NCBI GenBank assembly: GCA_963675595.2
Contig: CAXXLZ010000002.1
Span: 1,504,001 to 1,568,000 of the forward strand
DNA from: Thermodesulfobacteriota bacterium
GTDB lineage: Bacteria; Desulfobacterota; Desulfarculia; JACQYL01
Direction of reading: 5' to 3'
DNA: 64,000 nt
The position numbers and the translations under genes are program-made. This document shows, one piece after another, positions 1 through 10,279 of this stretch; the first letter of the stretch is position 1; the number at the start of each line of letters is the position of its first letter. The notes beneath the pieces were generated by a model that did no database searches, was not told where the DNA came from, and saw only the letters and a program-made list of their open reading frames with translations.

Positions 1-1492
1 CCGAATCCCCCATGGACAAGCTCAACGCGCTGCTTCCCTTCGGCCGTCTTTCTGAGAATCTCATGCACGAACTTCGGCACGGCTTTGACGTGGCCGCCCA
101 TGTCCAGCGCCTCCCGGCGCATCCTTGCGAAGGCTTTCTTGGGATCGCGCTCACGCTCGATCAGTCGGATCGCGTAGGGCCGAGTCACTTCGAGAATGCT
201 CGCGTCACTTTTCAATATCTTGCCGAGCGCTTCCGTCTGCATAAACGTCTTCAGGAGCAGCAGGAGGTTCCTCGGAAGGCGAACGCGATATTTCAGAACG
301 AGCCGCATAATCTGCTCGTACATATCCTTGAACGAAATATTACTCAATGATCTACCATAGAAAATCTCGCTCATTTCAATCAAATCACGTCTAAACTTAC
401 CGCCTGCCGTCAGTTCTTCATTGATGATTCCGGAGTTCAGGAGTGAGTCCATTACAAGATCATAGTCATGTTCCGCATAGCCCAGGAAGAGATTCGCGAT
501 CTGCTCCATGGCATGCTCATCCAGGTATCCCGTAATGCCGAAATCCACCAGGGAAACTCGTCCGTCACGCATTATAAGCGTATTCCCAGGGTGAGGATCC
601 GCGTGAAAGAATCCAAACTCCATTAGTTGCTTGGAAAAAGACCGCAAACCAATCAATGCAATCTCTTTGGATCGATGCCGAGAGACACGATTTCGTCGAC
701 GCGATCCATTTTGACGCCGTCGATATGCTCCATTACGAGGACCGACTTGGTTGTATATTCCCAGTAGACCTTTGGAATATAGATCTCACTGCTTCGCCTG
801 AAGTTCTTTCTGAATTTTTCTATGCTTCCTCCCTCGATAAACATATCGAGTTCTTTTTGAATCACGCGTTCAAATTCTTTCACCAAGTCTACAAGGCCGA
901 TAATACGGGCCATTTCAAACTTCTTCTCTAATTTCACGGCCAAATGGTACATCAACCGAATGTCTTCCCGTATTTTCCGATCAATGCCGGGGCGAATGAT
1001 CTTTACGGCCACTCGTTCCTTATTCGGGGTTTCGGCCAAGTGGACCTGAGCCACGGAGGCCGCAGCCAAAGGTTCGGGACTGAAATCCGAAAAAACCTCG
1101 AGAAGGGGCCGTCCCCACTGGGCCTCGATCAGATTTCTGATATCGGCGAATGGGGCGGGAGGGACCCGGTCCTGGAGTTTCTCGAATTCCTCGATATATT
1201 CGGGAGGGAAAATGTCCGCCCGGGTGCTCATCAGTTGCCCCAATTTGACGAAGGTGGGACCCAGTTCCTGAAGAGCCATCCGGATTCTTCTTGGGGTGGG
1301 AAATCCGCGGCCGGGTCGACCATTGTCGTCACCGGCCCGTTTGCCGTTCTTCGCTTTTCTCAGAAACCGGTCGGTCAGGCCTCCGAAACCGTGTTTCATC
1401 ACGAGCACCGAGATGGCTCCGGCCCTTCGCAAAGGTATCCGGCCGTAGGGACCCCATAGAGGCTTCAATATCTTCTCCCCGGCGGAGGACAA
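1..1492 (-). pseudogene. ABC1/UbiB (AarF) family atypical kinase, frameshifted near 665 and running off the window start
   Basis: ORF 653..1492 has LGPTFVKLGQ, AAASVAQVH and VAVK. After GIDPK another frame continues ALIGLRSFSKQLMEFGFFHADPHPGN...LVDFG and stays open to position 1. Confidence 0.85.
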
Positions 1493-1902
1493 GCCCGGAC
1501 GAGCGCCCCCGCGGGCTCACCGACGATTGATGGACGGGAAGTCATCGAGCTGTCTCCTCGAAAACTACCGTATAAGGCTTCCTGCAACGAAATAGCGGCA
1601 CGATAAGAATACGCTTCAACAGGTTGCTTGTAAAGGTGGAGTTTGTCGATCCTATGGTGATGCTTCGAAATGAATGTTAAGACCATCTACATTGTTTGGG
1701 GTATTTTGATTGGAAAAGCACCTTTTTTCTTTTCATCAAGCTCACGATGTATTGATCCGATTTGATTCCCCGGCTCCAATAATATATTATTCCATACAGC
1801 TATATTATTATCTTTTTCTCTCCGGTTTCCAAAGAGAAAATACGATCATGGATATCGTTTCCGGAGATGTCCCCCTGCAAGGATTGAGGTGTCGTCATTA
1901 TT

Positions 1903-2853
1903 ATGGAAAACCCCGACGTTTTGCTTGATCGCAGAGAACCGGCGGGGCTGTCCCGCCTGAAGCTTCTCTTGGCGCTTTCCAGAACACCGCACCTGCTTCT
2001 GGATCTGGCGACACCGGCCGTTGCGGCGCTCTTTTGGCTGCAGGCTTTCCCTCCGGCCCACGTCGTCATTTTGGGACTCATCACCGCATTCGCGGGATAC
2101 ACGACCGTATACGCTCTGAATGATCTCGTGGACCTGCGAACGGATCGAGAAAAACTCCGGCAGGGAGGATTCCAGGGAACCGAAAACTACTTGGACGCGG
2201 CCATCGTCAGACATCCTATGGCGCAAGGACTCTTGAGCTTTCGTGAAGGCGTCTTATGGGCGGCCGGATGGGCGGGCGTGTGCCTCACCTGCGCCTACCT
2301 GTTGAATCCGGTCTGCATCCTCTTTTTCCTCGCGGGCGCGGTTCTCGAGGTCGTCTATTGCCTCCTGTGGCGAATCAGCCCTTTCCGAACCCTGATGAGC
2401 GGTGCGGTGAAAACCTGCGGCGCCGTTGCCGCCGTCTACGCGGTGGATCCCAATCCTTCTTTTCCCTATGTGCTTACGCTTTTTGCCTGGCTTTTCTTCT
2501 GGGAGATCGGCGGCCAGAACATTCCCAACGACTGGGCCGAGCTCGAGGAAGACACGCGTTTCAATGCCAAAACCGTTTTGGTTCGTTTCGGTCCCCAATG
2601 GGCCGCCATGATCACCTTCGCCTGTTTGTCGGTTGCGGTCTTCATACATATGATATTGCCGTTTTCGGCGACGCGGCATGTTCCCCTAACATACATATCG
2701 GCATCCGTCTTAGTAGGCATTTATTTATTATTGCTCCCCTCATTCCGCCTGCTTCGCACCAAAGATCGTTCCGACGCCTTGACCCTATTCAGGAAATCAA
2801 GCTATTACCCCCTATCATTATTAATCACATTGGCAATTACCATAATCATATAA
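1903..2853 (+). CDS. UbiA-family intramembrane prenyltransferase
   Basis: Multiple TM segments and Asp-rich motifs NDLVDLRTD and NDWAELEED. Confidence 0.85.
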   Translation: MENPDVLLDRREPAGLSRLKLLLALSRTPHLLLDLATPAVAALFWLQAFPPAHVVILGLITAFAGYTTVYALNDLVDLRTDREKLRQGGFQGTENYLDAAIVRHPMAQGLLSFREGVLWAAGWAGVCLTCAYLLNPVCILFFLAGAVLEVVYCLLWRISPFRTLMSGAVKTCGAVAAVYAVDPNPSFPYVLTLFAWLFFWEIGGQNIPNDWAELEEDTRFNAKTVLVRFGPQWAAMITFACLSVAVFIHMILPFSATRHVPLTYISASVLVGIYLLLLPSFRLLRTKDRSDALTLFRKSSYYPLSLLITLAITIII

Positions 2854-3003
2854 ACTGCCGTTAACCGGCAGCCCCTGTTCCGACCCATGAGACTCAACAC
2901 AGAGGCACCAACTATGCTTTCCTGATAGTCCTTTGGAGGGAATTCCTTCGCCGATTCAGGAGATGCAGGGAACGCTGGAAATCACCGAAGAAACCTATTT
3001 CTC

Positions 3004-3094
3004 CCTCAGCCGCTCCGCCGAAGACGGTGAGGCCTGCTTGAAGCTTTACAAGGGGGGCGCACGGTGGGAATCTTTTTAGAACTTCCCTGGTGAA
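3004..3094 (+). repeat. Repeat family B (~90 nt double-hairpin element), copy 1
   Basis: CCTCAGCCGCTCCGCCGAAGACGGTGAGGCCTG...CCCTGGTGAA; similar to 4537, 34927, 37501 and 43892. Confidence 0.75.
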
Positions 3095-3142
3095 CGCGTA
3101 CCCGAAATCTCTGTTTACATCCAACATGAAGAGTTCTTGCGA

Positions 3143-4267
3143 ATGAGATTCAACAGCTTTCTGCTCTACCGAGACATCATTCTGACTCCTCGTTTTCTCT
3201 CGTGCCTGTGGCGGACAAGAAAAAACATCATTACGGACCGGAAAGGTCTGCCGCCTCAGTGGGGACCGTTCATGGCCGAATTGGACGTGACCTACCGATG
3301 TGATTGCCGTTGTCGCATGTGCCGACGCTGGACGGATGGTCGTCGTGGAGAAATGACCCTCCCCGAATATGAACGGCTCGCAGCGGTTTTCGACCGAATG
3401 GGAGTGCAACTCGTGAGCATCGCCGGGGGCGAGCCTTTGACCCGCAAGGATATTCACGAACTCATCGGTTGCTTCGCGAAATACGGCATGTCCGTCAACC
3501 TGTGCACCAACGGGTTGTCTCTGGAAAAACATGCGCAAGCCCTGTCACGAAGCGGTGCTTCCTGCGTTACCGTGAGCGTCGACGGGGCGGAAGCGACGAC
3601 TCACGATATGATTCGGGGCGTTCAAGGTTCCCACGAAAAAACCGAAAACGGAATCCGGGCGTTGGCGGCTTTTCCTCGCAGCAGCAGGCCTCTAATTCGT
3701 GTAAGAATGACCGTGTCCGATCACAATGCGCGTGAGGTGAAATCCTATTATGAAAAGTGGCGCCGCAGAGTCGACGACGTGTTGCTTCAGCCCACGCACT
3801 ACTGCACCGGGGCTTTCTACACCGGAGAAGACGAGAAGACCTTCGGATTCGATACGGAAGAGCTCGCACGCCAGATATCCGGAACCCCCTTTGAAAGAGA
3901 TCGGTACCTGACGACTCTGATTCAAAGTCTGAAAGAAAACGGCGGTTATCCGAAACAACGCTGTTACGCGGGAACACTCATGGTTCGCATCGATCCTTGG
4001 GGGAATGTCTACCCTTGCCTGGAACAACGCGTACGTGTCGGATCGGTGCGAGAGGAGAGTTTTCCGACCGTCTGGCAATCCGACTACTTCAACCGCGTCC
4101 GCAAAGACATAGCAACCGCCGATGATTGCAGGTGCTGGTACAACAACACGGCCATGATCAGCCACTATGCCGGACACCTCCGTCGCACCACAGTCCTCCC
4201 CTTTCGACCCGTTTCGGCTCTTCCCATCGATTCGGGGATGGACGTTCGGCGCATCCCCGGCCGGTGA
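3143..4267 (+). CDS. Radical SAM protein with SPASM/twitch domain
   Basis: CDCRCRMC (CxxxCxxC), GGEP, TNG, VSVDG, and C-terminal CYAG...GNVYPC...CRC; ATG at 3143. Confidence 0.9.
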   Translation: MRFNSFLLYRDIILTPRFLSCLWRTRKNIITDRKGLPPQWGPFMAELDVTYRCDCRCRMCRRWTDGRRGEMTLPEYERLAAVFDRMGVQLVSIAGGEPLTRKDIHELIGCFAKYGMSVNLCTNGLSLEKHAQALSRSGASCVTVSVDGAEATTHDMIRGVQGSHEKTENGIRALAAFPRSSRPLIRVRMTVSDHNAREVKSYYEKWRRRVDDVLLQPTHYCTGAFYTGEDEKTFGFDTEELARQISGTPFERDRYLTTLIQSLKENGGYPKQRCYAGTLMVRIDPWGNVYPCLEQRVRVGSVREESFPTVWQSDYFNRVRKDIATADDCRCWYNNTAMISHYAGHLRRTTVLPFRPVSALPIDSGMDVRRIPGR

Positions 4268-4331
4268 CGGCCGCCGCCTTGAAGGAAGACCGTTCTTGGG
4301 AAGAGAACCGGAGCCCATCATGCATTCCGGT

Positions 4332-4446
4332 CCGTTGGAAAAGTCGGATTATTGCAGGTTGTTGAGAAACGATGAGATGCGAGGCGCCCAAATCCGGGGA
4401 CCCGGCGTATGCGGCCTGCGCCGCGGATCGCGTTTCTCGACGCTCC
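4332..4446 (+). repeat. Repeat family A (MITE-like), degenerate internally shortened copy
   Basis: CAGGTTGTTGAGAAACGATGAGATGCGAGGCGC...GCGGATCGCGTTTCTCG matches the 7150 copy. Confidence 0.75.
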
Positions 4447-4536
4447 GATACGCCTTTTCCGAAGCGAAAATACAGGATTGCCCTACTTCTCAGCGACCCT
4501 TTCCAGGGATTAATCTAACGAGGTAACACTGTTTCG

Positions 4537-4623
4537 CTCTCAACCTCTCCGCCGAAGGCGTTGAGGCCCGCTCGAAAAGCTTTGAACGGGGCGGGGGAAC
4601 CTTGAACGAAAGCTTCCCCCCGT
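4537..4623 (+). repeat. Repeat family B, copy 2 (upstream of cydA)
   Basis: CTCAACCTCTCCGCCGAAGGCGTTGAGGCC followed by a GGGGGAAC...CTTCCCCC hairpin. Confidence 0.7.
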
Positions 4624-4693
4624 AATTGATTGCAGTCTTTGATTTGATTATTAAGATCACTTCTCTCGTTTTCCCACGCCGGGGGCAATTTTC

Positions 4694-6040
4694 ATGGAAG
4701 TCCTGTTTGATCCGGTCATGCTGTCCAGGCTTCAGTTCGCCTTTACGGCCATGTTTCATATCATCTGGCCGGTCCTCACCATAGGCTTGAGCCTGTTTAT
4801 CGTGTTCATGGAAACGATGTGGGTCAAAACCGGGAATGAAGTCTACTATCGACACGCCCGGTTCTGGACCCGGTTGTTTATCTTGAACTTCGCCGTGGGC
4901 GTGCTTTCCGGCATCCCCATGGAATTTCAGTTCGGAACCAACTGGAGCGTTTTTTCACGAGCCGGCGGGGATATTTTCGGGCATCTACTGGGATTCGAGG
5001 CCACCACGGCGTTCATGCTTGAGGCGGCCTTTCTCGGGATCATGGTATGGGGATGGAAGAGAGTCTCACCAAAGGTGCATCTGTTCTCCGCTTCCATGGT
5101 CGCCTTCGGCTCCTCCCTCTCCGCCTTTTGGATCATGACGGCCAACGCCTGGATGCAAACGCCTTCGGGAGGCGATTTTCTGAACGGCCGCTTCATTGCG
5201 ACGAGCAACCTGGGGGCCATTCTGAATCCCGATATGCCTTGGGCGGTTTCGCATATGTGGGTGGCCTGCCTGGAAGTAAGCGTTTTCGTGGTGGGCGCGG
5301 TTAGCGCCTACTATCTGCTGAAGGGGCGTCAGGTGGACTTCTTCCTGAAGTCATTCAAGGTCGTCCTGGTGGCCGCAATTGTCATTACGCCGCTACAAAT
5401 CTATTTGGGCGACGGCTCCGGCCAAGAGGTCGCGAAAACCCAACCCACAAAACTGGGCGCCATGGAAGCACACTGGGAAACGAACCCGGAAGGTGAAGGT
5501 GCTTCGTGGAACTTCCTCGCCTGGCCGAATCAGGCCGAACAGAAAAATGATTGGGCTATTTCCGTGCCCAATGCCCTGAGCATGGTGGTCACGCGAACCT
5601 TCACCGGCCGGGTTCGGGGATTGCGCGAGTTTCCTCCGGAAGACCAGCCCCCTATCTGGCTGCCGTTCTATTGCTTCCGAATCATGATCGGTCTGGGATT
5701 CCTCTTCTTCTTCCTCATGCTTTGGACTCTATGGGCTTGGCGCAAGGGAAAACTGAAACCGGCGGTCGTTGCATCCCAAAAGAAGCTCCTGTTTGCATGG
5801 ATTGCGGCCATGCCCTTGAGCTATGTGGCTGTGGAAGCGGGGTGGGTGACACGGGAAGTGGGACGCCAACCCTGGATCATCTATGGAGTGCTGCGAACGA
5901 ACGAGGGCGTCAGTCCCATCCAGGCATACTCGGTGGGGGGTTCCCTGCTCGTCATCGCGGGGCTCTATCTCGTGTTGTTTATCGCCTTCCTGATCTTTGC
6001 CTCCTTTCTTGTCCATAAAGGACCGGAAGCCATAGAATAA
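4694..6040 (+). CDS. cydA: Cytochrome bd ubiquinol oxidase subunit I
   Basis: SRLQFAFTAMFH, GIPMEFQFGTNW, PTKLGAME and EVGRQPW motifs; short Q-loop. Confidence 0.97.
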   Translation: MEVLFDPVMLSRLQFAFTAMFHIIWPVLTIGLSLFIVFMETMWVKTGNEVYYRHARFWTRLFILNFAVGVLSGIPMEFQFGTNWSVFSRAGGDIFGHLLGFEATTAFMLEAAFLGIMVWGWKRVSPKVHLFSASMVAFGSSLSAFWIMTANAWMQTPSGGDFLNGRFIATSNLGAILNPDMPWAVSHMWVACLEVSVFVVGAVSAYYLLKGRQVDFFLKSFKVVLVAAIVITPLQIYLGDGSGQEVAKTQPTKLGAMEAHWETNPEGEGASWNFLAWPNQAEQKNDWAISVPNALSMVVTRTFTGRVRGLREFPPEDQPPIWLPFYCFRIMIGLGFLFFFLMLWTLWAWRKGKLKPAVVASQKKLLFAWIAAMPLSYVAVEAGWVTREVGRQPWIIYGVLRTNEGVSPIQAYSVGGSLLVIAGLYLVLFIAFLIFASFLVHKGPEAIE

Positions 6041-6065
6041 ACCATAATAACTCGGTAAAGCCAGG

Positions 6066-7073
6066 ATGCTTATGGAAAATCCACTTACTTTGATATGGCT
6101 GTCGATCATAGGATTCTTTCTGTTATATTACGTAATAAACGATGGTTCCGGACTCGGTGTCGGCATACTCTGCTTATTTTCGGGCAGGTATGAAGACCAA
6201 AGAGCAATGATGGAAAGTGTGGGCTACGTCTGGCATACGAACCAGACCTGGTTGGTCATCGTCGGCGGCCTGTTGTTCGGAGCTTTTCCCCTCTGCTACA
6301 GTATTTTGTTCTCAGCCCTCTATATACCCGCGATGTTCATGCTCGTCGGCCTGATCCTCAGAGGCGTGGCCGTTGATTTCCATGAACATTCCCGGAGCGG
6401 GCGTTTTTGGGCCAAGCTTTTCGGACTGGGAAGTCTATGGACCGCGGTGACGCAAGGCCTGTTGGCCGGCGGACTTCTTTCCGGGATTGCCGTTAAGGAC
6501 GGGCAGTTTGCGGGCGGCATGTGGGACTGGTTCAATCCGTTATCCATATTCATCGCCGTCGGCGTGGTACCGGCCTACCTGATGCTGGGCTCCAACTATC
6601 TCATCAAAAAGACGGAGGGCGATCTTCAACAACGGGTTTTCCGCTGGTCCCGAATCAGTTCGGCAACGACATTGCTGATATCGTTGGTCGCATTTCTGTG
6701 GATCAACGCAAAATATCCCTATGCTTCCGCCAAATGGTCCACGCCTCGGGAATCATCCTATGTCGTGTACGGCGCCGTTGCGACCGCACTGGGGTTTGCC
6801 ATGCTGTTCCGAAGCCTTTGGAAAAAACGGGAGCGCGGTCCTCTGTTCTGGAACGCCGTTGTAGCGACTTTCGGGTTCGTGACCTTGGGCATGAACCTGT
6901 ATCCGAACATGATTCCACATGTCGTCTCTCCCGTCACGGCGGCCGAGGCGTCCGCCTCGCCCCGCACGTTGATCTTCATGCTCGTGGTCACGGGCATCCT
7001 CATTCCCGTCCTGGTATTCTACACCTCGTACACGCACCGGGTCTTCAGAGGGAAAGTCAAAGCCGAAGAGTAG
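6066..7073 (+). CDS. cydB: Cytochrome bd oxidase subunit II
   Basis: DGxGLGVG, WxxNQTWLV, GAFP and LRGVA motifs; follows cydA. Confidence 0.93.
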   Translation: MLMENPLTLIWLSIIGFFLLYYVINDGSGLGVGILCLFSGRYEDQRAMMESVGYVWHTNQTWLVIVGGLLFGAFPLCYSILFSALYIPAMFMLVGLILRGVAVDFHEHSRSGRFWAKLFGLGSLWTAVTQGLLAGGLLSGIAVKDGQFAGGMWDWFNPLSIFIAVGVVPAYLMLGSNYLIKKTEGDLQQRVFRWSRISSATTLLISLVAFLWINAKYPYASAKWSTPRESSYVVYGAVATALGFAMLFRSLWKKRERGPLFWNAVVATFGFVTLGMNLYPNMIPHVVSPVTAAEASASPRTLIFMLVVTGILIPVLVFYTSYTHRVFRGKVKAEE

Positions 7074-7149
7074 GGATTGGCCGGCATCTTCAGAGCGTCG
7101 CCGGGGGAACCGTATTCCTCCATGCCCCTCTATGCCCCTCTATGCCGAC

Positions 7150-7295
7150 CCGTTGAAAACGGCCGGTTGCTACAGGTTGGCGAAAAACGATGAGATGCAA
7201 GGCGCGCAAATCCCGAGGAACGAGGCGTACATGGAGTACGTCGCAGTGACGAGGGATGAAGCGCAACGAAGCGGATCGCGTTTTTCGCCGGCCTG
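7150..7295 (+). repeat. Repeat family A (MITE-like), full-length copy abutting the nuoN stop codon
   Basis: Imperfect TIRs CAGGTTGGCGAAAAAC / GTTTTTCGCCGGCCTG; core GCAAGGCGCGCAAATCCCGAGGAACGAGGCGTAC...GTGACGAGGGATGAAGCGCAACG. Confidence 0.85.
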
Positions 7296-8717
7296 TCAGG
7301 CCACGAGGGCCTTTGCCGCCGACAGGGCCAGAGAATAGAGGAAGTCCGGATAGAATCCCCCCACGACGATCACCGTTAGAATCGCCAGGATCATCACTTT
7401 GGTGGGAAAAGAAAGGCGAATGGCCGGCAGGGACTCCTCGGGCTCGCTAAAGTAGGCCGCTTTCACCACGAGCACATAGTAGTAGAGTGAGATGAGCACG
7501 TTGATCATGCCGATCAAAACGAGGGAGAAGTAACCCTTTTCCATGGCCGCCGTGAAAACCAGGAACTTGCCGGTGAAACCGATGGTGGGTGGGAGGCCCC
7601 CCAGGCTGAACACGCCCGCCATCATGGAAACGGCCAGTATGGGAGAGCGACGGTGCAGCCCCGCCAGTTCGACGACCTCCAAGTTTCCCCCTTGATCGGC
7701 CACTTTCACCAGCACCAGGAAGCAGATGAAATTCATGGTCAGATAGGCCGCCGCATAAAAAATGGCCGCCGCAAACCCGTTCTCGCTCATACAGAGAATT
7801 CCAATGAGCACATACCCTGCGTGAGCCACTGCGGAATAGGCCAGAAGACGTTTCAAATCTTTTTGGACAACGGCCGCCAGGTTGCCGAGAGTCATTGAAA
7901 CCACGGCCAGCACCACCAGCAGATGAACGAAGTACGTGCTTTCCGCACCCAGGGTTGCGAACCTGAGCACCAGGGCGATGGCCCCGGCCTTTGTGGCCGT
8001 GGCGATATAGGCCGTCACCTGATTCGCCGCCCCTTCGTACACGTTGGGCGCCCAGAAATGGAAAGGAAAGAGAGCCAGCTTGAAAAAGAATCCGGATAGA
8101 GTCAGCACCAGGCCCACCATCAGCATGGGCGAATGGGCGTTGGTGGAAACGGCGTTGAGGATGGCCGGCAGGTTGGTTTCTCCGCAGGCTCCATAGATCG
8201 AGGCCATGCCGAAAAGCGTCACGGCCGACGCTGCGGCCCCGAGGAGGAAGTACTTGATGCCCGCCTCGAAATGCCGCCCCTCGCCTCTTCTCAAAGCCAC
8301 CAGAATGTAGAGGGAATAACTGCTCAATTCCAGGGCGATGTAGATGGTGAGCAACTCGACGCTGCTTACCAGCATCATCATGCCGAGGGTGCAAACGGAG
8401 AGGAGCAAATAGAACTCCGGCCGGCGTTTCGGCTCGATGCCGGGCAGCTCGGGACAGATACAGATGACCAGGAAATAGCCCATGGCCAAAAATGCTTTGA
8501 ACACCTGTGAAAATAGATCGACTCGGTAGATGGTGGAAAAAGATCCTTGTAAGCAGCCGCAGGCCGTACTCACCACGACCGCCCCCAGGGCCAGACCCAG
8601 CGCCGTGAGGTAGAGACCGTCCTGCTTGGCTTCGGGTCTTGCCGTCATTCCGAACGTGAAAAACACGGCGGCCATGAAGCAGAAATAGAGTTCGGGCGCA
8701 ATAAGCATCCAGGTCAT
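7296..8717 (-). CDS. nuoN: NADH-quinone oxidoreductase subunit N
   Basis: EAGIKYF, FKLALFPFHFWAPNVYEGA, KRLLAYS; operon position. Confidence 0.95.
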   Translation of the reverse strand: MTWMLIAPELYFCFMAAVFFTFGMTARPEAKQDGLYLTALGLALGAVVVSTACGCLQGSFSTIYRVDLFSQVFKAFLAMGYFLVICICPELPGIEPKRRPEFYLLLSVCTLGMMMLVSSVELLTIYIALELSSYSLYILVALRRGEGRHFEAGIKYFLLGAAASAVTLFGMASIYGACGETNLPAILNAVSTNAHSPMLMVGLVLTLSGFFFKLALFPFHFWAPNVYEGAANQVTAYIATATKAGAIALVLRFATLGAESTYFVHLLVVLAVVSMTLGNLAAVVQKDLKRLLAYSAVAHAGYVLIGILCMSENGFAAAIFYAAAYLTMNFICFLVLVKVADQGGNLEVVELAGLHRRSPILAVSMMAGVFSLGGLPPTIGFTGKFLVFTAAMEKGYFSLVLIGMINVLISLYYYVLVVKAAYFSEPEESLPAIRLSFPTKVMILAILTVIVVGGFYPDFLYSLALSAAKALVA

Positions 8718-10195
8718 TTCGGCAAACCCTCCATAAAAGCGAATACGGACGGTTGAATCACATCCAGCATCAGCGAAGGGAAAAACCCGAACAGGACCAA
8801 AGTCGCAATCAAGACCATTCTGGGAAAACCCAGGGCCGGCGACACGTCGGGCAGGCCGGCGAAACGCTGATTCTTTTCGCCGTAAAAAGTCTTCTGCACC
8901 ACCCGAAGCATGAACAGGGCGCTGATCACGAGCGCTGAGACGGCCGCCACCCCGCTCACCGGGTAGACCTTGAACGCGGAGAGGATCACGGTCAGTTCGG
9001 CCCAGAAGTTGGCGAAGCCCGGAACCCCCATACCGGCGAAAGCCCCCACGATGAAGTAGGCGGAAGCCACGGGCATGATTCGGCTCATCCCCCCGAGTTC
9101 GGGTATGGATTTCGTATCCGTCTTATCGTGCAGATACCCCACCGAGGAAAAAAGCAGGGCCGTCATGATGCCGTGGGCAAACATCTGGTACACGGCCCCG
9201 GTCAGACCCTGCGCCGTGACCGTGGCCAAGCCGAGCCCGACGATGCCCATATGGGAGACGCTGGAATACGCCACCACGTACTTGAGGTCCGTCTGGGTCA
9301 AACCGACCAGAACTCCATAAACGATTCCGATGGTGGCCAGGACGGCCATCCAGGGAGCCCAGTATTGCCAGCCCTCGGGGCAAAGAAAGATGGCGACTCG
9401 CAGCACGCCGAAAGCTCCCAGCTTCATCAGCACGCCGGCATGAAGCATGCTCACCGAGGTGGGTGCGGCCACGTGACCGGAAGGAGACCAGGTATGGAAA
9501 GGCCAGACGCCCGCCAAAATGCCGAAGCCCAGGTAGAGGAACAGGAATGCGAATTTCTGCTGAAAAGGGCTGAAGGTTCCCGGTTGCATCATGCCGAACA
9601 AATCAAATCCGACCCCTCCCGACTGCACGAAAAGATAGATCATGGCCGGGAGAATGAGCGCACTTCCGGCAAGGAGATAGAGGAAGAGCTTCATGGCCCC
9701 GTATTCCTTGCGGGTGGAGCCCCAGATCACAATGAGCGGATACATGGGAAAGAGAGAAACGTCGTACCAAACGAACAGGAAAAACAGGTCCATGCTCATG
9801 AAGAAGCCGAACACTCCGGTGACGAGGACGAAGTATAAGGCGAAGAATTCCTTAACCCGCTCCTCCAACTCCCACATGGTCAGCACTCCGGTGAAATGAA
9901 CGATTCCGGTGAGCAGCAGGAGAGGAAGATTGAATCCGTCGACAGCGTTGAAATAATGAATCCCCAAGGATTTCATCCACACGATCTTTTCCACGAACTG
10001 GAGGCCCCCTTGGGTCCTGTCGTAGGCCGCGAAGAGGAAAATGCCGAGGATCAGGGACAGACCGGAAGAAAAGGCGCTCACCCAACGGATCAGGCCCTTT
10101 TGTCGCCCGGGGATCACCAGGATGGCTACCAGTCCCAGGATGCAACTGAGCATGATGGCGGACAGAAAGGGAAAATCGGAAAGCGTTGGATTCAT
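8714..10195 (-). CDS. nuoM: NADH-quinone oxidoreductase subunit M
   Basis: WPFHTW, AGVLMKLG, YSSVSHMG, QMFAHG. Confidence 0.95.
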   Translation of the reverse strand: MNPTLSDFPFLSAIMLSCILGLVAILVIPGRQKGLIRWVSAFSSGLSLILGIFLFAAYDRTQGGLQFVEKIVWMKSLGIHYFNAVDGFNLPLLLLTGIVHFTGVLTMWELEERVKEFFALYFVLVTGVFGFFMSMDLFFLFVWYDVSLFPMYPLIVIWGSTRKEYGAMKLFLYLLAGSALILPAMIYLFVQSGGVGFDLFGMMQPGTFSPFQQKFAFLFLYLGFGILAGVWPFHTWSPSGHVAAPTSVSMLHAGVLMKLGAFGVLRVAIFLCPEGWQYWAPWMAVLATIGIVYGVLVGLTQTDLKYVVAYSSVSHMGIVGLGLATVTAQGLTGAVYQMFAHGIMTALLFSSVGYLHDKTDTKSIPELGGMSRIMPVASAYFIVGAFAGMGVPGFANFWAELTVILSAFKVYPVSGVAAVSALVISALFMLRVVQKTFYGEKNQRFAGLPDVSPALGFPRMVLIATLVLFGFFPSLMLDVIQPSVFAFMEGLPK

Positions 10196-10279
10196 AAGTC
10201 GATCATTCCATTCGTGTCGATCCGTCGAACAAGGCTTCCCGCAGAAGCGGGCCGGAGGCGCTCCAACCGAAGCGACGGA

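Noticed and set aside
4620-4660. FNR box upstream of cydA (also near 21901 and 35454)
   Set aside because: Only TTGAT half-sites, no TTGAT-N4-ATCAA
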